Position numbers and translations under genes: made by a program. 25,515 nucleotides of DNA from assembly GCA_963934255.1 (NCBI GenBank), contig CAWVXU010000035.1, positions 1-25,515 on the forward strand. The letters run 5' to 3'. Below the pieces are notes generated by a model. That model was given only the letters and a program-made list of their open reading frames with translations, was not told where the DNA came from and ran no database searches. The stretch is from an uncultured Fibrobacterales bacterium (GTDB lineage: Bacteria; Fibrobacterota; Fibrobacteria; Fibrobacterales; CAWVXU01). Of this stretch, positions 8,445-17,204 are shown one piece after another; positions within the stretch are counted from its first letter, which is position 1, and the number at the start of each line of letters is the position of its first letter.

Positions 8445-9584
8445 TTAGTATCTAGTCATCTGAGCACAAGACAAATTATCTTCTGGTGTTAAACCCACTT
8501 CGCTCATATAATATTTAAAATAATTTTGGCGATCAATGGAGCTAAGATTTCCACCGATTCCACACTCTAAACCACCGTTAATCACATGAGTTGTCCAACC
8601 AAAGCGACTTGTATCGCCATTAACTCCTTTAATGTCAACTGCAGTCCCAATCATAATTTCATGCATTGAGGGCTTGGGTTGTTGTGGTCTCATCCAAAAC
8701 CAAATTCCTGCCATAAAAGCAATCTGTGGCCTATCAAGGACAAAAGCAGGACGCGTTAGGCCTTCGTTATTCCCATAAATTTCATTGGAAAACTTGCCAT
8801 AGTTATAAGGGTAAGAGATTTGAAAAGGTCCACGTCCATGATATGATTGACCACTTACCGCCTGAAAATTGGCATCATTAGATTCTGTATATCCTCGCCC
8901 CTCAACTTCTTCTTTAAACCAAAGTCCTCCATTCATTGAATCTTCAGGTCCACGGCCAGTGGTTTCATGTGATAGTTGTGCTAGAAAAGCCATAAGCTCT
9001 TCTTTACGTTGAGCAACTGTCCCTACACTTAAGAAATCGCCAAAATCAACCTCAATGCTCGAAATTTCTTTGGAAAGGTTCCAAGATTGATTAAAATCAA
9101 CATGAGCATAGAGAACTACCCATTTTGAACCATCCCACTTTGAAACTTGAGGCGCTTCATAATTCAACTCTGTTCGGCGTTCTAATTTAATTCTAACTCC
9201 ATCCATTGCTGCGACTGCATCAACAAAGCCCTGATAGGTGTAGAATTCATTTTTATTGGGGAAAAAGGAATTAAACTGAGCCTCTGATAATAAGGACTCA
9301 AAGTTAGCTATTGCCTCAGCAGGACCTGCGTCACTTGAGCTTGAAATTGTGTTAGCAGAAGAGACACCAGCTTCAGAGGATAATTCAATTTGAAATTGGA
9401 CGCCGGAACTTAAGCTCGCGTCATTGGAAAGAGTCAGATCTGAAGAAAGGTCAGTACAATTTTCTACACAAGCAGTGATAGAAACGGGGTCTTCCACCTC
9501 AGAACAAGCAGTAAAAACTCCGCTTGATATGAAACAGGCGAACCCCAATAGTTTCAATTTTGATTTATTCTTCAATTTAGCCAT
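8445..9584 (-). CDS. Glycoside hydrolase family 19 chitinase, predicted lipoprotein
   Basis: GH19 motifs AFLAQLSHETTG, YHGRGPFQISYPYNYG, AGIWFWM and FGWTTHVINGGLECG. Likely start MAKLKNK at 9584 with lipobox FTAC, then a Ser-rich linker. Confidence 0.88.
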   Translation of the reverse strand: MAKLKNKSKLKLLGFACFISSGVFTACSEVEDPVSITACVENCTDLSSDLTLSNDASLSSGVQFQIELSSEAGVSSANTISSSSDAGPAEAIANFESLLSEAQFNSFFPNKNEFYTYQGFVDAVAAMDGVRIKLERRTELNYEAPQVSKWDGSKWVVLYAHVDFNQSWNLSKEISSIEVDFGDFLSVGTVAQRKEELMAFLAQLSHETTGRGPEDSMNGGLWFKEEVEGRGYTESNDANFQAVSGQSYHGRGPFQISYPYNYGKFSNEIYGNNEGLTRPAFVLDRPQIAFMAGIWFWMRPQQPKPSMHEIMIGTAVDIKGVNGDTSRFGWTTHVINGGLECGIGGNLSSIDRQNYFKYYMSEVGLTPEDNLSCAQMTRY

Positions 9585-9720
9585 CCCAAAAGTTCTACTT
9601 AGCTTAAAGTAAATCATTTTTAAAAATAAATAGCTTGGATTGTAAAAATGATGCACTCTAGATGTTCTCTTTGTATCAAAGAGCTATATTTCCAATCAAA
9701 CTGAACTATACAAAGGAAAT

Positions 9721-11412
9721 ATGATGTCAGAACAAGCACAAAAATTCATTTACTATATGAATAGAATGACCAAAGTCCTTCCAGGTGGCAAAGAGCTCCT
9801 CAGGAACATCTCCCTTTCGTTCTTTTATGGTGCCAAAATTGGTATTATCGGGTCAAATGGTTCTGGTAAATCTACACTTCTTAAGATAATGGCCGGGCTC
9901 GATGATGAGTTTCAAGGTGAAGCTTGGCTTGAACAGGGCCGTTCGGTGGGATATTTAGCACAAGAGCCACAGCTAAATGAAGAACTAAATGTTCGTGATA
10001 ATATTATGGAAGCTGTAGCTGATACCAGAGATTTACTTCAAAAATTTAACGAAATTTCTATGCGTTTTGGTGATGAAATGTCTGATGATGCCATGGATAA
10101 ATTAATGGCTGAGCAAGCTGCTTTACAAGATGAAATAGAAGCTCGTGATGCTTGGGACCTAGATCGACACATTGATATCGCAATGGATGCACTTCGTTGC
10201 CCTCCCGGTGAATCATCAGTGGAAAACCTATCCGGAGGTGAACGTCGCCGTGTTGCACTTTGTAAATTGCTTTTAAAACAACCCGATCTTCTACTTCTGG
10301 ATGAACCAACGAATCACCTGGATGCCGAATCAGTTGCTTGGCTTGAGCGTCATTTACGTGATTACAAAGGTTCAGTTATCCTTATCACGCATGATAGATA
10401 TTTCCTAGATAATGTTACCGGATGGATACTTGAAATCAGTAATGGCAAAGGAATCCCATGGGAAGGTAACTATGGTCAATGGCTAGATCAAAAGTTAGAA
10501 CGCCTACGTGGTGAAGAAAAAGGTGAATCCGATCGCCAAAAACGTCTTTCCAAAGAACAAGAATGGGCGCGCCAGGCACCAAAAGCTAGACAAGCAAAAA
10601 ACAAAGCTCGTCTAAGTGCTTATGAAGACTTACTGAGTGCAGACAGCGTATCGGTTTCTAAAGGCGCCCAGATTACTGTACCCAATGGCAAACGCTTAGG
10701 TAATGTCGTTGTAGACGTTAAAGGACTTCAAAAAGCCTATGGTGATAAATTACTCTATTCTGATTTGACTTTCCAACTTCCGCGCTCAGGTATCGTCGGA
10801 GTCATCGGGCCAAATGGTGCGGGTAAATCAACTCTATTCAAAATCTTACTTGGTATGGAAAAACAAGATGCCGGTGAATGCACTATTGGTGATACTGTAG
10901 AATTCATTTCTATGGAACAAGATCGTGAATCTTTAGATCCAGACAAAACAGTTTGGCAAGAAGTTTCTGATGGTCAGGATGAACTGCAAATTGGTAAAGC
11001 CAAAATGAACTCACGCGCATGGTGTGGATTATTTAATCTTGCTGGCTCAGTACAACAAAAACAAATTGGTGTGCTTTCTGGTGGTGAAAGAAATCGTGTA
11101 CTCATGGCAAAGCAACTTCAAAAAGAAGGCAACCTACTTCTTCTTGACGAACCGACCAATGACTTGGATATCGAAACCCTTCAGTCTCTTGAACAAGCTA
11201 TCTTAGAATTTGCTGGTTGTGCTGTAATTACTTCACATGACCGTTGGTTCTTAGACCGTATTTGTACCCATATCTTGGCGTTTGAAGGTGATTCAGAAGT
11301 CAAATGGTTTGAAGGTACTTGGTCTGAATATGAAGCAGATCGCAGAATACGCTTAGGTGAAGACGCTAACACTCCAAAACCAATTAAATACAAACCACTC
11401 GTTCGTAATTAA
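9721..11412 (+). CDS. ettA: Energy-dependent translational throttle protein (ABC-F)
   Basis: LSFFYGAKIG, two Walker A motifs (GSNGSGKST, GPNGAGKST), LSGGERRRVALC, WLDQKLERL linker and PIKYKPL C-terminus. Confidence 0.95.
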   Translation: MMSEQAQKFIYYMNRMTKVLPGGKELLRNISLSFFYGAKIGIIGSNGSGKSTLLKIMAGLDDEFQGEAWLEQGRSVGYLAQEPQLNEELNVRDNIMEAVADTRDLLQKFNEISMRFGDEMSDDAMDKLMAEQAALQDEIEARDAWDLDRHIDIAMDALRCPPGESSVENLSGGERRRVALCKLLLKQPDLLLLDEPTNHLDAESVAWLERHLRDYKGSVILITHDRYFLDNVTGWILEISNGKGIPWEGNYGQWLDQKLERLRGEEKGESDRQKRLSKEQEWARQAPKARQAKNKARLSAYEDLLSADSVSVSKGAQITVPNGKRLGNVVVDVKGLQKAYGDKLLYSDLTFQLPRSGIVGVIGPNGAGKSTLFKILLGMEKQDAGECTIGDTVEFISMEQDRESLDPDKTVWQEVSDGQDELQIGKAKMNSRAWCGLFNLAGSVQQKQIGVLSGGERNRVLMAKQLQKEGNLLLLDEPTNDLDIETLQSLEQAILEFAGCAVITSHDRWFLDRICTHILAFEGDSEVKWFEGTWSEYEADRRIRLGEDANTPKPIKYKPLVRN

Positions 11413-11424
11413 GAAGTTTTAAAA

Positions 11425-13215
11425 GTGGGTATTGAAGCAATTATTGTCACATTCTTAATACTGGGAGTCCTAGTATTATCAGTGTCGGAGGTTTGGTCAG
11501 TTGACCTTATCTCTATTGGTGCTATAGTCGTTTTAGTATCCACTCAAATTCTTTCTCCTAGTGAAGCGCTTGCTGGATTTAGTAATAATGCGGTCATCAC
11601 CATTGCTGCGATGTTCCCCTTAAGTTATGCTATTCTCAGATCTGGGTTACTTAACAAAGTTTCTCATTTTATCAGTAAAATGATTCAAAAAAGTGAACTA
11701 TTGGGACTCGGTATATTAATGGTTTGTGGAGCTGGCTTATCTGCATTTTTAAACAATACTCCTGTGGTTGCTATCATGATCCCAGTCGTATTACAAGCAA
11801 GTAAAATCGCCAAAATTTCTTCATCAAAATTTCTTATTCCGTTATCTTATGCGACAATCCTGGGTGGAACAACAACACTCATAGGCTCTAGTACTAATTT
11901 AGTAGTGGCTGATATTGCTGCCATGAATCAAATCAAAATCGACCTTTTTGACCTGACTCCAATTGGTTTAATATTTCTCGTTGTTGGGATACTGTATATG
12001 ACATTTATTGGTAAAAAGTTTTTACCAGAGGATTCAGATACATCTAGCTTGGATGACAAATATAAATCAGGAAATTTTCAAACCATCATCACCCTTCTTG
12101 ACTCAGCAGAATCCATCGGTCAACCTATATACAAATCACCATTGATTACACAATATGATATGGATATTATTGAAGTGATGCGTGACGAAGGCAATTTCAT
12201 CATGCCACCCAAGGATATGATCCTGAAAGAAAATGACCGTGTCCGAGTTCGTTTTGAACTAGATAAATTTAAAGAGTTCCATGAAAGAATAAAAAATTAT
12301 TATACCGATCGAGTTTTAATTGAGGGTGAAAAATTTCAAGAATCTGACTCTACACTACTTGAAATTATGGTTCAGCCTGGTAGTGAACTCATTGGTGAAG
12401 ACTTACAGAAATTTCAATTTCGTCGAAAGTTCCGAGGAGCCCCACTTGCGATTCGCCATCGTGAAGAAATTATCCATACCGATCTTTTAGAATCCAAACT
12501 TCAAGCCGGTGATATCATTCTCATTGAAATGAAAACAGTACTACTTGATGAATTAAAAGTCTCCAAACAACACAGTGATCTTCCATTTGTCATTCTCACA
12601 GAAAACATCATTCAACACAATCCTTCCATTAGGCCTTGGATTGTGTCTAGTATCATGTTGAGTTTTATCCTACTGGCAAGCTTTAAAATACTCCCAATAG
12701 TTTCAGCCGCTCTAGTCTGTACATTTGCTTTGGTCGCCACCAAAACTATCACTACAACTGAACTCTATAAGTCTATTAACTGGAATATAATCTTTATGTT
12801 GGCGGGACTTTTGAGTCTTGCGACAGCCATGCAAAAAACATCGCTTGATGTCTTCATTGCAGACTCAATGATTCAAGGATTGGGAGGCTACTCACCCGTT
12901 ATCCTGATCTCAGTTCTGTATATTATTACTTCACTCTTAACTGAACTATTATCAAACAATGCCACCGCAGCGCTCCTGGCCCCTATCGCAATTCAAATTG
13001 CTCATAGTACTGATTCAAACCCTACTGCTTTCATTATGGCCGTGCTACTTGCAGCATCTTGTAGCTTCCTCACACCCATGGGTTATCAAACCAATACAAT
13101 GGTTTATGCTGCTGGTAACTATAAATACACCGATTTCTTTAAAGCTGGGATTGGTCTTAACATAATACTTTGGTTAATAGCGAGTGCACTCTTGCCAATC
13201 CTATTCCCTTTATAA
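11425..13215 (+). CDS. SLC13 family (citrate/sulfate-type) permease with TrkA-C domains
   Basis: SAFLNNT, LGGTTTLIGSSTNL, ELLSNNATA and TPMGYQTN motifs, with a central soluble region containing two TrkA_C-like units. GTG start. Confidence 0.88.
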   Translation: MGIEAIIVTFLILGVLVLSVSEVWSVDLISIGAIVVLVSTQILSPSEALAGFSNNAVITIAAMFPLSYAILRSGLLNKVSHFISKMIQKSELLGLGILMVCGAGLSAFLNNTPVVAIMIPVVLQASKIAKISSSKFLIPLSYATILGGTTTLIGSSTNLVVADIAAMNQIKIDLFDLTPIGLIFLVVGILYMTFIGKKFLPEDSDTSSLDDKYKSGNFQTIITLLDSAESIGQPIYKSPLITQYDMDIIEVMRDEGNFIMPPKDMILKENDRVRVRFELDKFKEFHERIKNYYTDRVLIEGEKFQESDSTLLEIMVQPGSELIGEDLQKFQFRRKFRGAPLAIRHREEIIHTDLLESKLQAGDIILIEMKTVLLDELKVSKQHSDLPFVILTENIIQHNPSIRPWIVSSIMLSFILLASFKILPIVSAALVCTFALVATKTITTTELYKSINWNIIFMLAGLLSLATAMQKTSLDVFIADSMIQGLGGYSPVILISVLYIITSLLTELLSNNATAALLAPIAIQIAHSTDSNPTAFIMAVLLAASCSFLTPMGYQTNTMVYAAGNYKYTDFFKAGIGLNIILWLIASALLPILFPL

Positions 13216-13224
13216 AAGGGTTTT
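13206..13224 (+). terminator. Possible weak intrinsic terminator after the SLC13 gene
   Basis: CCCTTT-ATA-AAAGGG hairpin overlapping the stop codon, followed by TTTT. Confidence 0.35.
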
Positions 13225-13270
13225 CTATATTAGCTGTTACAAATGAGTCAATACAAATAAAGGGGACATC

Positions 13271-13582
13271 ATGTCGGAATTTAAAAACGTCACTATCATC
13301 AAAAAAGCCAACTCATATTTTGATGGAAAAGTCTCTTCAAGAACAGTAGTTTTTGAAGATGGTTCTACAAAAACACTTGGGTTTATGCTTCCAGGTGAGT
13401 ACGAGTTTGACACATCCAAAGCAGAAAACATGGAGTTTCTTGCTGGTAAACTTGACGTCAAATTACCAGGATCTGATGAGTGGATGCCCATCGAAGGTGG
13501 TCAAGATTTTGATGTACCTGCCAATACTATCTTTCATCTTAAAGTTTATGAAGCGGCTGATTACTGCTGTAGTTACTTGTAA
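13271..13582 (+). CDS. ppnP: Pyrimidine/purine nucleoside phosphorylase (YaiE/DUF1255)
   Basis: [32 protein letters not shown] and DYCCSY. Length 103 aa, RBS AGGGG. Confidence 0.92.
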   Translation: MSEFKNVTIIKKANSYFDGKVSSRTVVFEDGSTKTLGFMLPGEYEFDTSKAENMEFLAGKLDVKLPGSDEWMPIEGGQDFDVPANTIFHLKVYEAADYCCSYL

Positions 13583-13612
13583 TCTTTTTATTGTAAAATC
13601 CGTTATTCGCTT

Positions 13613-13648
13613 AAACGCTCATCCTTTTGGGGTGAGCGTTTTTTATTT
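13613..13648 (+). terminator. Rho-independent terminator of ppnP
   Basis: AAACGCTCATCC...GGGTGAGCGTTT stem followed by a T-rich tail. Confidence 0.8.
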
Positions 13649-13662
13649 CGTTCTTGGAATCA

Positions 13663-13690
13663 GAAAAGGCAACCCACAATAGGTTGCCTC
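13663..13690 (-). terminator. Rho-independent terminator of prfC
   Basis: Minus strand AGGCAACCT-ATTGT-GGGTTGCCT followed by TTT, about 30 nt after the prfC stop. Confidence 0.7.
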
Positions 13691-13721
13691 AAAATATATT
13701 CACTCTTAGGTGATCATCAAT

Positions 13722-15287
13722 TTAATCTTCGAAGGTCGCTCCAAAATTGAGCTCAGGATAATTTTTCTCAGCCAAATTCAAACGATATTCATTGGGGAAA
13801 AGACAGACAAAATTTTGTTTTTTGTCATATGCCAAATCACCACGATATTCGTCTGAGAATTTCTTTAAATCTTCTTCTGTACCTAAAATCCATCTCGCTG
13901 TATAAACCTGGATACGATCTAGTTGAACCTCAGCACCATACTCTTCAGTAATACGCTGGGTCAAAACATCAAACTGAAGTTCACCTACCACCCCAATAAT
14001 TGGAATTGCTCCCATCACAGGATGGAAGAGCTGAGTTGCACCTTCTTCTGACAGTTGATCTAAACCCTTTTTCATTTGTTTTGATTTCATCGGATTGAGA
14101 AGCTGTACCTTAGCAAAGTATTCAGGTGCAAAGTCAGGGATTCCGTGAAATTTAAATTTCTCTTTAGAGGTCAGTGTATCACCGATATTAAAGATACCCG
14201 GATCATTTATACCCACAATATCACCCGAGTAACTCATATCTACTACAGCTTTGTTTTGAGCCATAAATGAGGTGGGAGCAGCCAGTTTGATATTTTTACC
14301 AGTACGACAATGATGTACCTTGGAGCCACGTTCATAGACGCCTGAACAGATACGTAAAAATGCCGTTCTATCTCGGTGATTGGGATCCATATTGGCTTGA
14401 ATTTTAAAGACAAAAGCAGAGAATTCTTCTTCTAGAGGATCAATATCTCTCACATCACTTTCACGAACCATCGGTGGTGGAGCTAGTTTTGAGAAGGTTT
14501 CAAGAAGTTGTTTGACGCCAAAATTAGCAATAGCAGAACCAAAGAAAACTGGACACATTTCACCACGTAAAAAAGCTTCGCGATCAAAAGGGTCCATCGC
14601 GCCTGTCACAAGTTCATGGCGTTCACGAAGTTCGGCTAGTTCAGGAGGGTCAAATCTTTCATCAAGAATTGGGTCATTAATGCCTGTCAATTGGATAATT
14701 TCACCACCGACTCCATCTTTAGAGTAAGTATGAAGTGAATCATCGGGAATCGAGTAGACTCCTCCAAATTTCTTACCCCAACCAATTGGAAGTGAGAATG
14801 GGGCAACTTTAATTTTTAAAACTTCTTCTATTTCATCCAAAAGTTCTATTGCATCACGACCATCAAGGTCCATTTTGTTGATAAAGGTAATGATAGGGGT
14901 CTTGCGCATGCGACAAACATCCATCAACTTCAACGTTTGTTTCTCTACACCATTGACTGAGTCAATCAATACAAGTGCACTATCAACCGCCGTTAGAGCG
15001 CGATAAGTATCTTCAGAGAAATCTTGGTGACCCGGAGTATCCACCAGATTAAAATAACAACCATCAAAAGGAAAATTAAGCACAGAACTTGATACAGAAA
15101 TACCACGCTGCTGCTCGATTTTCATCCAGTCAGATGTCGTGTGTTTGCGGTTAGCCTTAGCCTTGACATGACCTGCTTCACGAATTACCTTACCATACCA
15201 TAAGAATTTCTCTGTCATGGTGGTTTTACCAGCATCCGGGTGAGATACAATGGCAAATGTACGACGCTTAAGGATTTCTTTTTTCAT
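13722..15287 (-). CDS. prfC: Peptide chain release factor 3
   Basis: RRTFAIVSHPDAGKTT, SDWMKIEQQRGIS, DTPGHQDFSEDTYR, FINKMD and FKIQANMDPNHRDR. Confidence 0.97.
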   Translation of the reverse strand: MKKEILKRRTFAIVSHPDAGKTTMTEKFLWYGKVIREAGHVKAKANRKHTTSDWMKIEQQRGISVSSSVLNFPFDGCYFNLVDTPGHQDFSEDTYRALTAVDSALVLIDSVNGVEKQTLKLMDVCRMRKTPIITFINKMDLDGRDAIELLDEIEEVLKIKVAPFSLPIGWGKKFGGVYSIPDDSLHTYSKDGVGGEIIQLTGINDPILDERFDPPELAELRERHELVTGAMDPFDREAFLRGEMCPVFFGSAIANFGVKQLLETFSKLAPPPMVRESDVRDIDPLEEEFSAFVFKIQANMDPNHRDRTAFLRICSGVYERGSKVHHCRTGKNIKLAAPTSFMAQNKAVVDMSYSGDIVGINDPGIFNIGDTLTSKEKFKFHGIPDFAPEYFAKVQLLNPMKSKQMKKGLDQLSEEGATQLFHPVMGAIPIIGVVGELQFDVLTQRITEEYGAEVQLDRIQVYTARWILGTEEDLKKFSDEYRGDLAYDKKQNFVCLFPNEYRLNLAEKNYPELNFGATFED

Positions 15288-15401
15288 GATTCCGCCTTCT
15301 TTGCCCTAAATTTAGTAATGCTTTGCCTTGTCTCAATGGAAGAAATTTAAGATAATACAAGCAAAGCCATTTAATTTGTCTTTTCCTCCAAAGGAACCAT
15401 C

Positions 15402-17147
15402 ATGTCAAAAGATATTCTAGGCCATTTGCCACGTCCCTGCTCTGAATTCCCCCGTCAATTTGCCGATGCAGATTTAGATCTTAATTCTTGGGCCGACTTA
15501 GAGCCTCTATTTAAAGATTTAAGTGATCGAAATATTGATTCTTCCCAGAATCTTAAAATATGGATTGAAAATTGGTCCGAAATGGAATCGATCCTTAAAG
15601 AACAAGAGTCAAGACTCTACATCAACATGACTTGTGATACTCAAGACGAGAAGCATGAAAAAGCATTTGCACATTATGTAGCTGAAATTGAACCCAAATT
15701 AGCACCCATTATTGACGGCCTCAATAAAAAGCTCATTTCCAGTCCAGCAATAGGTGAACTAGATTCTTATTACGATCATTGGATTCAGGACATTCGAGCC
15801 CAGTTAGAGCTTTATCGTGAAGAAAATATCGAAATTGAAACCAAGATAGCTTTGACTTCCCAAGAATACCAAAAAGTTACTGGAAGTATGACAGTCGAGT
15901 GGCAGGGTGAAACAACTACCCTTCAAGTAGTCAATGCTGAACTTGAAAATCCTGATCGAACACTCAGAGAAAAAGCTTGGAAAACAGTTTGGACTCGTCG
16001 TTTTGAGGATAAAGATATACTCAATACCCATTTTAAAACACTCTTTGACTTTAGGCAAAACGTTTCTAAAAATTGTGGCTTTGATAGTTACCTACCCTAT
16101 ATCTTTAAGGCTAAAGGACGATATGATTACACTCCTAAACACTGTGAAGATTTTCATGATGCCATCGAGAAATGTGTAGTCCCTCTCAATAGAAAACTTT
16201 TGAAAGCTCGCGCTAAAACAATGGGATTAGAAAAACTACGTCCGTGGGATCTCGCTGTTGATCCACTAGGCCGACCAGCACTTAAACCTTTTGAAAATAT
16301 TGAAAAGCTATGTGAAGGCACTTCCAAGATATTCCATGGAATATCTTCTGACTTCGGAGACAAATTTGATACCATGCAAAAAATGGGACTTCTTGACCTA
16401 GACAGTCGCCTTGGCAAAGCGCCAGGTGGTTATCAGTGTGGTCTTGAAGAATATCGTTTACCCTTTATATTCATGAATGCTGTAGGGACAAATTCTGATT
16501 TATTTACACTTTTACATGAAGGTGGGCACAGTCTACATCAATTTTTCATGAAAGGTATTCATCACACAAGCTATAGAGAAATCATGGCTGAAATTGCTGA
16601 GGTGGCTTCGATGAGTATGGAGCTTGTCGGGCTTGATTATATCGAAAATATCTACCCAAACCCTGATGATGCCCTTCGTGCCAAAGCGGATCAATTTGAA
16701 GATGTGATACACATTTTACCATGGGTTGCCATCGTTGATGCATTTCAACACTGGATGTATAAACACCCGGATCATTCTGAGGCAGAGCGTAATGAAAAGT
16801 GGCTAGAACTCGATCGCCGATTTGGTGCAGGTGATATTGTTGATTGGTCTGGATTTGAAGAATACCAAGCTCATCAATGGCAAAGACAATTACATCTTTT
16901 TGAAGTTCCTTTTTATTACATAGAATACGGAATTGCTCAGCTTGGTGCCATAGGAGTATTTAAAAATATTCGCGAAAACAAAGAGCAAGGTATCAAAATG
17001 TACACTGAAGGGCTTTCTCTAGGCGGCTCACAAGGACTTCCCTCTCTATTTGAAAAAACAGGGATTCCCTTTGATTTTTCTATTAAAACCGTTGAGCCTT
17101 TAATCAAGTTTGTACAGGATGAAATTGAGAAGTTGGAAACGAAATAA
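15402..17147 (+). CDS. M3 family oligoendopeptidase (PepF-like)
   Basis: HExxH as LHEGGHSLH, plus AEVASMSME, GKAPGGY and HLFEVPFYYIEY. Confidence 0.92.
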   Translation: MSKDILGHLPRPCSEFPRQFADADLDLNSWADLEPLFKDLSDRNIDSSQNLKIWIENWSEMESILKEQESRLYINMTCDTQDEKHEKAFAHYVAEIEPKLAPIIDGLNKKLISSPAIGELDSYYDHWIQDIRAQLELYREENIEIETKIALTSQEYQKVTGSMTVEWQGETTTLQVVNAELENPDRTLREKAWKTVWTRRFEDKDILNTHFKTLFDFRQNVSKNCGFDSYLPYIFKAKGRYDYTPKHCEDFHDAIEKCVVPLNRKLLKARAKTMGLEKLRPWDLAVDPLGRPALKPFENIEKLCEGTSKIFHGISSDFGDKFDTMQKMGLLDLDSRLGKAPGGYQCGLEEYRLPFIFMNAVGTNSDLFTLLHEGGHSLHQFFMKGIHHTSYREIMAEIAEVASMSMELVGLDYIENIYPNPDDALRAKADQFEDVIHILPWVAIVDAFQHWMYKHPDHSEAERNEKWLELDRRFGAGDIVDWSGFEEYQAHQWQRQLHLFEVPFYYIEYGIAQLGAIGVFKNIRENKEQGIKMYTEGLSLGGSQGLPSLFEKTGIPFDFSIKTVEPLIKFVQDEIEKLETK

Positions 17148-17170
17148 TTAAGTAACTAAGTAATTAAGTA
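17145..17170 (+). repeat. 8-bp tandem repeat x3 (TAATTAAG TAACTAAG TAATTAAG) starting at the M3 peptidase stop codon
   Basis: Read directly from the sequence. Confidence 0.75.
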
Positions 17171-17204
17171 GAATAATGTTCTTTATCAATCCCACACCCA
17201 AGGT

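Noticed and set aside
9585..9656. Extended N-terminus of the GH19 ORF
   Set aside because: The signal peptide and lipobox fit a start at 9584; the extension would bury them.
9721..15287. ettA and prfC as a dedicated translation-control cluster
   Set aside because: They are on opposite strands, separated by unrelated genes and two terminators. Ordinary housekeeping proximity explains it.
17145..17171. CRISPR array or mobile-element end
   Set aside because: The units are only 8 bp, with no spacers, cas genes or transposase.
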